A stretch of 64,000 nt of DNA, taken from an uncultured Candidatus Saccharibacteria bacterium (GTDB lineage: Bacteria > Patescibacteriota > Andersenbacteria > UBA10190). The notes below the pieces were generated by a model. The model was not told where the DNA came from and searched no databases. It saw nothing but the letters and a program-made list of their open reading frames with translations. Shown here one piece after another: positions 47,115-57,333 of the stretch. How positions within the stretch are numbered: position 1 is the first letter of the stretch; the number at the start of each line of letters is the position of its first letter. The stretch spans positions 588,977 through 652,976 of the forward strand of contig CAZSUC010000001.1 in assembly GCA_964610055.1 (NCBI GenBank). The letters are read 5' to 3'. Both the position numbers and the translations under genes were made by a program.

Positions 47115-48053
47115 TTATTCAAATCCAACTGTTCTCCGGATTGTATAGGGCTTTTTTTCCGTGTAATAAGTTTTTGCCACCTGATCAGCCAATACTCCGG
47201 ACAATAAAAATTGAAAACCTAATAAAACTAATAAAACAGCCAGCAGGGGAGAAGTTCGATTCGCCAACCCAATAATCCGAAATAACCACAGTGCGCCTAG
47301 CGTACCACCCAAGACAAATCCAGTTCCGATAAATCCCGCCCCGATCGCTCCAAAAAAGTGCATCGGCCTAGCTGAATATTGAATCCAAAATTTCACCACA
47401 AATAAATCCAAAAACCCTTTTAATTTCTTTTTGATTGAATATTTCGTCTTACCGTATTTACGAGGATGATGCCTTACCACCATCTCTCCCACTCGAAATC
47501 CTTTCCATGACAACAACGCTGTAATATACCGATGCATTTCTCCGTATAATTCCAGTCCTTCCAAAGCTTCTTTGCGGTACACTTTCAAACTGCACCCTTG
47601 ATCGTGAATTTTTTCGCCTGTTACTCTCCGTCGCACCCAATTCCCAATCTTACTCCCCAGCATCAATAGTTGCTTATCATGCCGCTCTTTTCGCCATCCG
47701 GATACGACATCTAATTTATCCTCCTCTAACTTCTTAATCATCGCCGGAATATCTTCCGGATCATTCTGTAAATCAGCATCTAACACAATCACGTATTTCC
47801 CTTGCGCTTTATCAAACCCAGCCGACCAAGCCGCTGTCTGTCCAAACTGTCGTCGGAATTCAATTAGCTTCACGCGCTTATCTTGTTCAGTCAGGCGCAC
47901 AACTCGTTTCAATGTCTCATCCGTGCTACCGTCATCAATAATAATCAATTCCCACTCTCCTGCCATTTCACCCACTACCCGCTTAACCGACTCATACAAA
48001 GGCAGGATTGAATCTTCTTCGTTATGTGCTGGGACAACAATTGAATATTGCAT
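47115..48053 (-). CDS. Polyprenyl-phosphate glycosyltransferase (GT2; Dpm1/ArnC/GtrB-like)
   Basis: SIVVPAHNEEDSI...LIIIDDGSTDET...VIVLDADLQNDPEDI plus two C-terminal TM helices. This architecture is typical of undecaprenyl/dolichyl-phosphate sugar synthases. Confidence 0.85.
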   Translation of the reverse strand: MQYSIVVPAHNEEDSILPLYESVKRVVGEMAGEWELIIIDDGSTDETLKRVVRLTEQDKRVKLIEFRRQFGQTAAWSAGFDKAQGKYVIVLDADLQNDPEDIPAMIKKLEEDKLDVVSGWRKERHDKQLLMLGSKIGNWVRRRVTGEKIHDQGCSLKVYRKEALEGLELYGEMHRYITALLSWKGFRVGEMVVRHHPRKYGKTKYSIKKKLKGFLDLFVVKFWIQYSARPMHFFGAIGAGFIGTGFVLGGTLGALWLFRIIGLANRTSPLLAVLLVLLGFQFLLSGVLADQVAKTYYTEKKPYTIRRTVGFE

Positions 48054-48068
48054 ATCTTTGTCTTTCTA

Positions 48069-48953
48069 TTATGAAACAGTCTGGTCAGCTACCTCAAGCA
48101 GATAATCTCCATACCCACTTTTTTTCAATGGCTCCGCTAAAGCAATGAGTTGTTCTCGAGTGATATACCCCATCCGATAAGCCGTTTCTTCAATACAGCC
48201 CACTTTCAAACCCTGTCTCTTTTCAATCACTTGGACAAAATTCGCCGCCTGCAACAAAGAATCATGGGTTCCCGAGTCTAACCACGCCGTCCCACGATTT
48301 AATTTCGCTACCCGCAAATTCCCCGCTTGCAAATACAGCTTATTAATATCTGTAATCTCTAATTCGCCTCGCGCTGACGGCTTTAAGTTTCGCGCCATCT
48401 CCACCACTGCGTTGTCGTAAAAATATATTCCTGGCACCGCATATGACGATTTCGGTTGCAATGGCTTTTCTTCAATACTCAACACCTTACCTACCTCATC
48501 AAAATCAACTACTCCATACCTTTCCGGATCAGACACGTGATAGGCAAACACTAACCCTCCGCCTTGGTTCTCTACTTCTTGCTTCGCTTCTTGTAACACT
48601 TCTTGAATTCCGCCGCCGTAAAAAATATTATCGCCTAGAATCAATGCCACGCTTTCTTGACTAACAAAATCCGCACCAATCACAAAAGCCTGCGCTAAAC
48701 CTTCTGGCCGCGGTTGTTCGGCATATGTAAAATGCATGCCTAATTGCTGACCATCGCCCAGCAGCTTCTTGAACAACGGCAAATCATACGGTGTTGAAAT
48801 AATTAAAACTTCCTGAATCCCAGCCAAAATCATCATTGATAAGGGATAATAAATCATTGGTTTGTCGTAGACTGGAACCAATTGTTTACTTACTGCAATT
48901 GTTGCCGGATTTAATCTTGTCCCTGCCCCACCTGCTAAAATAATCCCTTTCAT
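48069..48953 (-). CDS. rfbA: Glucose-1-phosphate thymidylyltransferase
   Basis: [36 protein letters not shown] is the canonical RmlA N-terminus. 294 aa. Confidence 0.9.
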   Translation of the reverse strand: MKGIILAGGAGTRLNPATIAVSKQLVPVYDKPMIYYPLSMMILAGIQEVLIISTPYDLPLFKKLLGDGQQLGMHFTYAEQPRPEGLAQAFVIGADFVSQESVALILGDNIFYGGGIQEVLQEAKQEVENQGGGLVFAYHVSDPERYGVVDFDEVGKVLSIEEKPLQPKSSYAVPGIYFYDNAVVEMARNLKPSARGELEITDINKLYLQAGNLRVAKLNRGTAWLDSGTHDSLLQAANFVQVIEKRQGLKVGCIEETAYRMGYITREQLIALAEPLKKSGYGDYLLEVADQTVS

Positions 48954-49077
48954 AAGTCTTCTGCTTAATTAAGACTAACCTATAATTATAACACTTTTAC
49001 CCTAATATTGTCAATAGGAATAGGGGAGTCCCCTCCGCCATTTATCATATACTTATCGCCTGCCGGCTACCACTCCT

Positions 49078-50055
49078 TTATTCACCTAGATGCTTGTGCG
49101 GCTCCAAATAATCTTGTACATACTCACGTACTGCATCCTCTAATAAAGTACTATCCTTCGCAAACCCTGTCCCCCATAATTTCTTCATTATCGCTTCAGT
49201 GTGATTTTGATACTGGTTTTTTATATTATCCGGCAAGTCAATGTATTGAATTCGAGTTTCTTTTCCTAACGCATCAAACAACGCCTTCATCGTATCATTC
49301 CACGTCCGCGCCTTGCCTGTGCCAACATTAAATACCCCATTAGCCTCCGGATGATCCATTAAAAACAGTGTCGCCCGCACCGCGTCTTTAACATAAATAA
49401 AATCTCGATCTTGTTCCCCGTCAGCATAATCCGAATGATTTGACTTAAATAACTGCACCACTCCCTGCTCTTTTGCTTCGGGATACTTTTTCAAAATAAC
49501 ACTACGCATCCCTTCCTTGTGCCATTCATTCGGTCCAAACACATTAAAATACCTTACCCCCGCCACGTTATTTAAATAACCACCATCTCGTGCCCAAATA
49601 TCAACCTTTAGTTTTGATTTGCCATACAAATTCAAAGGCCGCAATTCATCAAATAAATCATGATCATCATCAAACCCATTGGAACCGTCACCGTACGTCG
49701 CTGCACTCGATGCATATACGCAGCGCACTCCTCGATCAGCACTCCACCGAATTATATCCTGTGAATATTCCACGTTATTATCCTGCAAATAATTCCAATT
49801 TTGTTCTGTCGTGCTCGAACATGCACCCATATGTAAAATTGCTGTCACTTCTCGCTCATTCCAAACTCCTTCCAATAATTGTTGTCTAAAATCTTGCGGA
49901 GTCACTAACTCCTCATACTGCAAACTGCCAACATTATGTTCTTTTTCATCGTGATCCAACTCATCTACGATCACAATTCCTCGCTCCCCTTTTTCATTCA
50001 AAGCCCATACCAAAGCACTCCCAATCAACCCTGCTCCCCCTGTTACAATAATCAT
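49078..50055 (-). CDS. hldD: ADP-L-glycero-D-manno-heptose 6-epimerase
   Basis: MIIVTGGAGLIGSALVWALNEKG...ILHMGACSSTTE...YGKSK matches the RfaD/HldD family. Confidence 0.8.
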   Translation of the reverse strand: MIIVTGGAGLIGSALVWALNEKGERGIVIVDELDHDEKEHNVGSLQYEELVTPQDFRQQLLEGVWNEREVTAILHMGACSSTTEQNWNYLQDNNVEYSQDIIRWSADRGVRCVYASSAATYGDGSNGFDDDHDLFDELRPLNLYGKSKLKVDIWARDGGYLNNVAGVRYFNVFGPNEWHKEGMRSVILKKYPEAKEQGVVQLFKSNHSDYADGEQDRDFIYVKDAVRATLFLMDHPEANGVFNVGTGKARTWNDTMKALFDALGKETRIQYIDLPDNIKNQYQNHTEAIMKKLWGTGFAKDSTLLEDAVREYVQDYLEPHKHLGE

Positions 50056-50097
50056 TTCCTTATTATTCCTAATTATCTTTAAAAAAGGAACTGCAGT

Positions 50098-50601
50098 TTA
50101 CTTACTTCTCCGTATTTTCGCTACAATATCTGATGTCGCCAGCCCAGGACGTCGTTCTACCGTATAAGGCTTAACTCCATATCGCTGCATTACCGGCCAT
50201 TCAATCCAAGTTTCAGGCGCACCGTACTCGCTCCCATTAACATGCACATCTGGTTGCACCGTCTCAATCAAAACATCCTGCACCTTATTATATGGCGCAT
50301 CTATCACCACTACATAATCTACACAACTCAAAGCCGCCAACATGGCCGCTCTTTCTGCTTCCGGAATAAACGGACGCATTGATCCTTTGCCATCTTTTAC
50401 GGAAGCATCGGAATTCATCCCTATAATCAACAAATCACCCTGCTGCTTAGCCTCTTCTAACATATCTAAATGTCCAGCATGCAAAATATCAAAAGCACCA
50501 TTTAAGGTCACCAGCTTCTTTCTAGCCTGCTTCCATTCTCCTGTCCGCGCCGCCGCTTCAGCAATTGTTAAGATTTTTTCTGTTCGCCAATGATGTTTCA
50601 T
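50098..50601 (-). CDS. hldC: D-glycero-beta-D-manno-heptose 1-phosphate adenylyltransferase (RfaE domain II-like, cytidylyltransferase fold)
   Basis: LNGAFDILHAGHLDMLEEAK (HxGH nucleotidyltransferase motif). 167 aa. A stand-alone gene. Confidence 0.75.
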   Translation of the reverse strand: MKHHWRTEKILTIAEAAARTGEWKQARKKLVTLNGAFDILHAGHLDMLEEAKQQGDLLIIGMNSDASVKDGKGSMRPFIPEAERAAMLAALSCVDYVVVIDAPYNKVQDVLIETVQPDVHVNGSEYGAPETWIEWPVMQRYGVKPYTVERRPGLATSDIVAKIRRSK

Positions 50602-50606
50602 AGTTA

Positions 50607-51149
50607 TTAAGATAACATAATCTTATTCGCCGCTTCATCTAACGACTCCACTATCATATCCGGCTGAACTGATAATTCTTCCGCTTGCCAGTACTGGCTT
50701 TTTATCAACGCTGTTTTTGTTCCTAGCTTTTTACCGAACAATAAATCCGCCTCTTTATCCCCAATTGTCCAACTCGCCGCATAATCAATCTTCCCGATTT
50801 TTTCTTCAATCTGTCGCGCCATTCCAATTTCCGGCTTCCGACACTCACACCCCGCTTCTCGATGATGAGGGCAATACGCAATCACATCTAATTCTGCTCC
50901 TGATTTTTTCAATTCGGCCTGCATATATATATGCAAAGCTTCTACATCCGCTTCCGTGTACAACCCATGCCCAATACCAGACTGATTCGTAATCAACGCT
51001 AATTTAAACCCGGCTGCTTTCAAGTTATGCAACGCCTCTTTGGCTCGTGGCTTAAACTGCCAATCTTCCTTCCGATATACATATCCACAATCATGATTAA
51101 TCGTCCCGTCACGATCCAAAAAAACTACCTTATTCTCCTCGCTCGGCAT
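50607..51149 (-). CDS. gmhB: D,D-heptose 1,7-bisphosphate phosphatase
   Basis: VFLDRDGTIN (HAD DxDGT) and CxHx..C.CRKP (the zinc-binding CxH...CxC of GmhB). Confidence 0.8.
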   Translation of the reverse strand: MPSEENKVVFLDRDGTINHDCGYVYRKEDWQFKPRAKEALHNLKAAGFKLALITNQSGIGHGLYTEADVEALHIYMQAELKKSGAELDVIAYCPHHREAGCECRKPEIGMARQIEEKIGKIDYAASWTIGDKEADLLFGKKLGTKTALIKSQYWQAEELSVQPDMIVESLDEAANKIMLS

Positions 51150-52131
51150 AATGCGCTAATAAATCTATAATTTCATCAGCCGTTACTCCGGTTGCTCCAA
51201 TTTTATGAGCATTGATTGTTCCCGCCGCGTGACCTAAAATCGCTGCCTCTTCATCACTTGCTCCAACTAACTTGGCTAACAAGATTGCCGCCGAAGCCGA
51301 ATCACCGCAGCCGGACGTATCCAAAACTTCATCATCACCCGTAAATTCTTGTTGCGCATGATATGACTTCCCGTCTCGATTCAAAACATAAATTCCATTC
51401 TCAGACAAAGTTAAAAATACATTCGTGTTAAATGTATCTCGCAACAACCCCGCTAATTCACTCGGCTCCTTCTGATTATCAAACTGGTTAAGGCCCAAAA
51501 ACTCATAGGCTTCCTTCCGATTAGGAGATATATAATCTGCTCCGGTAAAGAAGTTTATCCGCGACGGTTTTACATCCGCCATCACTGGCACCCCGGCTGA
51601 ACGCGCCGCCTCCATTACTGCTAACGCTGTCTTTTGCGTCACACAACCTTTGGCATAATCTGACACTAAAACCCCGTCTACTTCTGAAATAATATCTTGA
51701 ATTGCTTGCACCGCCTCTGCTTCCGCCGCTCCTTTAACTTCCCGCTTGTCTTCATAATCAACTCTCAACATCTGCTGTGTGCGCACGACATATCTAATTT
51801 TTTCTGTCGTTGGCCGCGTTGCATCACTAATCAGTCTAATCTTATACCCTTCCTGTTCTGCTGCCTGCTCCAACTCACGCGCCACCGCATCGCCACCACC
51901 AACTGCCACTAATTCCGCTTGGCCGCCAATCGTCACTATATTCTTAGCCACGTTCCCCGCACCACCCGTAACTTTTCTCTCATCTGTTACTTCCAGAATA
52001 GGTACCGGCGCCTCTGGATTTAATCGTTCCACTTTACCGGTAATATACCGATCCAACATTACATCGCCAAATACTAATACTTTTTTGGATTTAAACTCAC
52101 TTAAAATTTGTCGTGCTTTGTCTGCTTTCAT
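51130..52131 (-). CDS. hldA: D-glycero-beta-D-manno-heptose 7-phosphate kinase (RfaE domain I-like, pfkB/ribokinase family)
   Basis: KVLVFGDVMLDRY..GKVERLNPEAPVPI and C-terminal DTSGCGDSASAA (ribokinase anion-hole). 333 aa. Confidence 0.8.
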   Translation of the reverse strand: MKADKARQILSEFKSKKVLVFGDVMLDRYITGKVERLNPEAPVPILEVTDERKVTGGAGNVAKNIVTIGGQAELVAVGGGDAVARELEQAAEQEGYKIRLISDATRPTTEKIRYVVRTQQMLRVDYEDKREVKGAAEAEAVQAIQDIISEVDGVLVSDYAKGCVTQKTALAVMEAARSAGVPVMADVKPSRINFFTGADYISPNRKEAYEFLGLNQFDNQKEPSELAGLLRDTFNTNVFLTLSENGIYVLNRDGKSYHAQQEFTGDDEVLDTSGCGDSASAAILLAKLVGASDEEAAILGHAAGTINAHKIGATGVTADEIIDLLAHYAERGE

Positions 52132-52136
52132 ATGTT

Positions 52137-52742
52137 TTAAACTTCTAAATTCATATCTTCACCTGGTCCGGGTGCCTCAATTACCGGTACCTCGTTTTCA
52201 AATAATTCACACAGCAAATGAATCGCGTGTAAATGCATTTCCTGAATCCTAGCATTCGTATGTGAAGGCGAGATGATGGCATAATCAGCCGTATCTTTCA
52301 ACGTCCCCTTTGGCCCTGTCATTGCGATAATCGTCATTCCTTGTGCCCGTGCCTGTTCAGCCGCTGCAAGAATATTTTTGCTATTCCCTGAAGTTGTTAA
52401 CCCCACCAAAATATCACCTTCTCGGCCTAAAGCTTCCACCTGGCGCTTAAACACATCTTCATATCCATAATCATTTCCAATACAAGTTATCACCGCTCCG
52501 TCCGCCGTTAAAGCAATTACAGGATACGCCTCTCTATTCTCTTTATACCTTCCCACCATCTCATCAGATAAATGTTGGGCTTCGGCCGCCGAACCACCGT
52601 TTCCTGCTACCAACACCTTATTGCCTCGCGCAAACGCTGCTTTCATTTGCTCCGCCACCAGCCTAATCTGTTCGTGAAATTCTTGTGTATTTTCTAAAAC
52701 TGTTTTTAGCTCCTCGGAATGTTGTTTAAATAAGTCGTTCAT
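52137..52742 (-). CDS. gmhA: Phosphoheptose (sedoheptulose-7-phosphate) isomerase
   Basis: SIS-domain motifs VLVAGNGGSAAEAQH and LTTSGNS. 201 aa. Confidence 0.85.
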   Translation of the reverse strand: MNDLFKQHSEELKTVLENTQEFHEQIRLVAEQMKAAFARGNKVLVAGNGGSAAEAQHLSDEMVGRYKENREAYPVIALTADGAVITCIGNDYGYEDVFKRQVEALGREGDILVGLTTSGNSKNILAAAEQARAQGMTIIAMTGPKGTLKDTADYAIISPSHTNARIQEMHLHAIHLLCELFENEVPVIEAPGPGEDMNLEV

Positions 52743-52751
52743 ATTTTTATC

Positions 52752-53591
52752 CTACGTCTCCGCCTTACGATTTCGCAAATAATCACTTAAGGCCTCTTCC
52801 CAGGTTCTCATATTCGGACCTCGATCATTAATCAGCACACTCCATTCTGGTCGTTGAGCCGGCCGCGGATATTCGACTGCTTTGATCGGCACCACCTTAA
52901 CTTGTTTATTCGCCAACTCAAAAATCTTCTGTGCAAAACCATACCAAGTTGTCATGCCTTGATTAACTCCATGATAAATTCCCGGCTTATAGCCAGCTTG
53001 CACTAATTCTTTAGTATACCTGGCTAAATCAACCGTATAAGTGGGTGAGCCATGCTGGTCATTTACTACTTTGATTTCATTTTGCGAATCAGCCAACTTC
53101 AGCATCGTTTCCACAAAATTACGCCCACCCGCTCCATACAACCAAGCTGTACGCACTAAAAAATACTCACCACCCACAGTGGCTAAGGCCTTCTCACCGG
53201 CTAATTTTGACTCGCCATACGCATTCACTGCCGGACCAGGCATATCATTTTCTTGATACCCCTCCGCTTTATCCCCTGGAAAAACATAGTCAGTACTGTA
53301 ATGCACTAAACTAATCTCCAACTCACGGGCTACCTGAGCAATATTTCTAACCCCTATCTCATTAACTGCCAAAGCTGCTTCTTGATCAGTTTCCGCTCCA
53401 TCAACATTCGTATACGCCGCTGCATTCAAAATCCAAGCTGGTTTTTCTGCTGTAATTTTTTCTCTCACTGCCTGGACGTCAGTAACATCCAACTGCTCCC
53501 GATCCCACGCCACCACTTCTTGGTCACTCCAAACTTCCGTTAAAGCCTGGCCTAACATTCCTCCCGCACCCAAAATCACAACTTTGCTCAT
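52752..53591 (-). CDS. rfbD: dTDP-4-dehydrorhamnose reductase
   Basis: MSKVVILGAGGMLGQAL...YTNVD...YGESK. Start chosen at the ATG in an ATGA overlap with the upstream stop. Confidence 0.8.
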   Translation of the reverse strand: MSKVVILGAGGMLGQALTEVWSDQEVVAWDREQLDVTDVQAVREKITAEKPAWILNAAAYTNVDGAETDQEAALAVNEIGVRNIAQVARELEISLVHYSTDYVFPGDKAEGYQENDMPGPAVNAYGESKLAGEKALATVGGEYFLVRTAWLYGAGGRNFVETMLKLADSQNEIKVVNDQHGSPTYTVDLARYTKELVQAGYKPGIYHGVNQGMTTWYGFAQKIFELANKQVKVVPIKAVEYPRPAQRPEWSVLINDRGPNMRTWEEALSDYLRNRKAET

Positions 53592-54544
53592 CGCTTCTGA
53601 GGCAAATACCAATTTTTCATCCATTCCACTAAATCACGCACACCATCTTGAACCGATATCTCTGGAATCCAACCTAATAGTTTTTGCGCTTTCGTTGTAT
53701 CAGCATACGTTACTCGCATTTCTCCCGCCGGTGATTCCATCGGCACAATTATTGGCGATTTTCCAGCCGCCTCGGCAATTGCATCCACTAACTTACGTAA
53801 AGGCACTGGTTCACCTCGGCCAGCATTAATAATCTCAAATCCCAAATCTTTATCGACCGCCGCCCCAATTGCTCGCACTAAATCATTGATATGCGTTACA
53901 TCTCTTTGTCGATCATCCTTATTTAACGGCACCTCTGCCTCCGTTAGAATTTTTTCCGCAAAAATCATTGGTGCCATATCTGGCCGACCCCATGGCCCAT
54001 ACACACTGAAAAAACGTAGTACAGTAATCGGTAAACCGTGCAAATCATGCCACATCGAACAATAATCTTCTGCTGCTGCTTTACTGGCTCCATATGGAGA
54101 TTTCGGCCGTAACGGATAAGTAGTTTCTTCAAACGGAGTCTGTTCATCGTTATACACCGACGAGCTCCCCGCAAAAACCAAGCGCTTCACATCGTATTTA
54201 GTCGCCGCCTCTAATACTGCCAAAGTACCATTTACATTCGTATACGTATATTCTTGCGCTCGTATTACACTCTCTTTCGGATTTGCATGTGCCGCCAAAT
54301 GAAGTACTACTTCAAACTTCCCCTCTCTAAAAGTTTTTTCTAACAACTCAGCGTCAGTAATATCACCCTCAATCACCGGTACTTCATTCTTCAGAAAGTC
54401 TGTTACCCGTGCTCGTTTTAACCACGATGGATACAAAAAATCACTAAAATTATCCCATAACACCACTTCATCCCCGCGCTCTTGCAACATTTTTGCCGCG
54501 TGACTCCCTACAAATCCCGCTCCACCAGTAATTAATACTTTCAT
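53588..54544 (-). CDS. NAD-dependent epimerase, UDP-glucuronate 4-epimerase-like
   Basis: MKVLITGGAGFVGSH..., YGASK, and the diagnostic RFFSVYGPWGRPDMAPMIF motif. It occupies the slot where rmlB would be expected. Confidence 0.7.
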   Translation of the reverse strand: MKVLITGGAGFVGSHAAKMLQERGDEVVLWDNFSDFLYPSWLKRARVTDFLKNEVPVIEGDITDAELLEKTFREGKFEVVLHLAAHANPKESVIRAQEYTYTNVNGTLAVLEAATKYDVKRLVFAGSSSVYNDEQTPFEETTYPLRPKSPYGASKAAAEDYCSMWHDLHGLPITVLRFFSVYGPWGRPDMAPMIFAEKILTEAEVPLNKDDRQRDVTHINDLVRAIGAAVDKDLGFEIINAGRGEPVPLRKLVDAIAEAAGKSPIIVPMESPAGEMRVTYADTTKAQKLLGWIPEISVQDGVRDLVEWMKNWYLPQKR

Positions 54545-54545
54545 A

Positions 54546-55091
54546 TTAAAAACCTTCCGCTTGTTCTAATTTCGGCAAAGCCGCGTCTCGTTTTGATAAA
54601 ATAGGTTCTTTGACCGGCCAATCCACGCCAATCTTAGCATCATTCCAAACAATTCCTCCTTCTGTTTCCGGCGCATAATAGTCAGAACATAAATACAAAA
54701 CATCAGCTGTCTCCGAAGTTACGCAAAAACCATGCGCAAATCCTGTCGGAATGTATAGCATCTCAGCTTTTTCTGCCTTCAGCATTGCTCCGGCCCACAT
54801 GCCATAAGTCGGCTTATCTCTGCGCAAATCAACTGCTACATCAAAAATCTCTCCACTTAAAGGCATAATTAATTTTGCCTGCGCTTGTGGAAATTTCTGA
54901 TAATGTAATCCTCGCAAGACATTTTTCTTGCTACGCGATCGATTAAACTGCACCCATGGCCCCCGCACCCCGTAATCATTAAAAATATTCTCCCGCACCA
55001 TTTCACTAAAAAAACCTCTCTCATCCGGATAAACATCCGACGTAATATGTAAAACTTCCGGCAATGATAGTTTTTCAATCACAAAAGCCAT
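54546..55091 (-). CDS. rfbC: dTDP-4-dehydrorhamnose 3,5-epimerase
   Basis: RGFFSEMVR...RGLHYQ...HGFCV cupin motifs. Start taken at MAFVIEKL. Confidence 0.85.
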   Translation of the reverse strand: MAFVIEKLSLPEVLHITSDVYPDERGFFSEMVRENIFNDYGVRGPWVQFNRSRSKKNVLRGLHYQKFPQAQAKLIMPLSGEIFDVAVDLRRDKPTYGMWAGAMLKAEKAEMLYIPTGFAHGFCVTSETADVLYLCSDYYAPETEGGIVWNDAKIGVDWPVKEPILSKRDAALPKLEQAEGF

Positions 55092-55150
55092 AAAGGAAAA
55101 AGTTAACAATCTTTGACCTGACAATACCGGTTTTGTCCCGGTTGGTCAAT

Positions 55151-55495
55151 TCACTTCTCCTGTTGCTTAACTAAAAACGCATCTAACCATTCACGCGCTT
55201 CTTCCGACTGCATTTTTATATCCGGACTCTTAGCTATACTTTCCATAACATCGATCTCTTGAGTAGCGGTATCTTGCCAATCAGTCCGAGCAGTTAAACG
55301 TAATGTTTCTTTCTCAGCCGATATTTTCTGGCGCGGAACATTCAACCATGCAATTCCGATTACCCCCATTCCGAGCACAGCTAAAAAGAATAGTTTCTTT
55401 GGTTCCGCTTCAAAATATATACCTACCGCCAATCCCCACGTTGCCCCTACTAAGATCCAAGTTCCCAGCGCTAACTTTTCCCATTGATTCATCAT
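55151..55495 (-). CDS. Small two-TM membrane protein (hypothetical)
   Basis: 114-aa ORF immediately downstream of lepA with two hydrophobic helices. Confidence 0.45.
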   Translation of the reverse strand: MMNQWEKLALGTWILVGATWGLAVGIYFEAEPKKLFFLAVLGMGVIGIAWLNVPRQKISAEKETLRLTARTDWQDTATQEIDVMESIAKSPDIKMQSEEAREWLDAFLVKQQEK

Positions 55496-55500
55496 ATTTC

Positions 55501-57273
55501 TTACCTTTTTAAAACTGCTAAATACGCTTCCGGCGGAATATCCACTGAACCATGTTCGCTCATACGCTTCTTCCCTTTTTTCTGCTTTTCTAATAATTTG
55601 CGCTTACGTGAATAATCACCACCGTACAAATGTCCCGTGACATCTTTCCGCATTGCCGGCAAAGTTTCCCGCGCGACAATACTTCCTCCAATCGCTGCTT
55701 GCAAAGGTACTGCAAATAATTGCCGCGGTAATACTTCCTTTAATTTCGCTACCAGGCGCCTGCCTGTTGCCTCTGCCTTACTACGCGCCACAATTACCGC
55801 CAGTGCTTCTACCTCCACTTTATTCACTAACAAAGACAGCTTCACCACCTCGGCCGGTCGCCACTCTTTCATCTCATAGCTCATTGAGCCATACCCCGCT
55901 GTCACTGACTTTAATTTGTCATAAAAATCAACCACTAATTCACGCATCGGTATTAAATAGGTTAACTGCACCCGCTCCCCCTCTAAATGCTGTTGATTTA
56001 CAATTTCCGCTTCTCGATCCTGCATTACTTCAAAGACGGCTCCCATGTACCCAACTGGCGTTAAAATATCAACCTGAGCATACCGCTCTTCAATCGCTTC
56101 AATCTGAGATGGGTCCGGAAATTCTACCGGCGTCGCCGCTTCCATATCCTCACCGTTTCGCAACTTAATTCGATACGCCACACTCGGAGTCGTAATCACT
56201 AAATCTAAATTATATTCTCGACGTAAACGCTCTTGAATAATTTCCATATGCAGCATCCCTAAAAATCCACATCGAAACCCTTGTCCTAAAGCTTCGCTTC
56301 TCTCTTGTAATGCCGTTAGGCTCGCATCGTTTAACATCAATTCACTAATCGCATCTTTTAATAAGGGAAAATCATCACCCCGAGCAGGAAAAATTCCGGC
56401 AAACACTTTGGGCTGCGGAATTCTAAAACCCGGCAAAGCTTGTAAACCTGACCGCCGACTTGCCAAAGCAATCGTATCGCCCACCCGCGCTTGTCGCACG
56501 TCTTTTAACCCCGTTGCTATATATCCAATTTCTCCCGCATCAATCATTTGATCAGGATGCCATTCGGGTGCAAATGAACCAACTTCCACTGCCCGATCAG
56601 TCGCCCCTGTCCCTAGAAAAATCACTTCATCTCGTGCTGATACTTTACCTTCTATGACCCGCACGTAAGTTACAACTCCTTTATAATCATCGTACACAGA
56701 ATCAAAAATAAGGGCTCGCAAAGGCTTAGTATTGTCCTGCTGTGCCGCCGGTATTCGCTGCACCACTGCATCCAAAACTTCTTTGACTCCTTCTCCTGTC
56801 TTAGCTGAAATCTTGAGAATATCAGTCGCCTTGCCACCCAATAAAGCGAGTATCTCTTGAGTGACTCGCGGTACATCTGCTGCCGGTAAATCCACTTTAT
56901 TAATCACTGGAATAATCTCCAAATTATTCTCAATCGCAAAATACAAATTAGAAATAGTTTGCGCTTGCACACCCTGGGTTGCATCCACCAGTAATACGGC
57001 TCCCTCCACCGCCTGCAAACTCCGACTCACCTCATATTGAAAATCAACATGACCCGGCGTATCAATCAAATTCAGCATGACCCCATTCCACTGCATGCGC
57101 ACTGGCTGTAACTTAATTGTAATTCCCTTTTCCCTCTCTAATTCCATTGAATCTAATAGCTGTGCTCGCATCTTCCGACTCTCCACTGTTCCGGTCAGCT
57201 CTAACATCCGGTCGGCTAAAGTCGACTTCCCGTGATCCACATGCGCAATAATGCAAAAATTACGTATCTCCAT
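55501..57273 (-). CDS. lepA: Translation elongation factor 4
   Basis: MEIRNFCIIAHVDHGKSTLADR (G1), DTPGHVDF (G3), NKVD (G4) and the LepA-specific C-terminal domain. The ORF-track N-terminal extension is not supported. Confidence 0.95.
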   Translation of the reverse strand: MEIRNFCIIAHVDHGKSTLADRMLELTGTVESRKMRAQLLDSMELEREKGITIKLQPVRMQWNGVMLNLIDTPGHVDFQYEVSRSLQAVEGAVLLVDATQGVQAQTISNLYFAIENNLEIIPVINKVDLPAADVPRVTQEILALLGGKATDILKISAKTGEGVKEVLDAVVQRIPAAQQDNTKPLRALIFDSVYDDYKGVVTYVRVIEGKVSARDEVIFLGTGATDRAVEVGSFAPEWHPDQMIDAGEIGYIATGLKDVRQARVGDTIALASRRSGLQALPGFRIPQPKVFAGIFPARGDDFPLLKDAISELMLNDASLTALQERSEALGQGFRCGFLGMLHMEIIQERLRREYNLDLVITTPSVAYRIKLRNGEDMEAATPVEFPDPSQIEAIEERYAQVDILTPVGYMGAVFEVMQDREAEIVNQQHLEGERVQLTYLIPMRELVVDFYDKLKSVTAGYGSMSYEMKEWRPAEVVKLSLLVNKVEVEALAVIVARSKAEATGRRLVAKLKEVLPRQLFAVPLQAAIGGSIVARETLPAMRKDVTGHLYGGDYSRKRKLLEKQKKGKKRMSEHGSVDIPPEAYLAVLKR

Positions 57274-57333
57274 AGAATACCGCCCAGCATACCAATTCAC
57301 GCCCTTTTCGCCAATATCTCTCTTGTTCATCAT

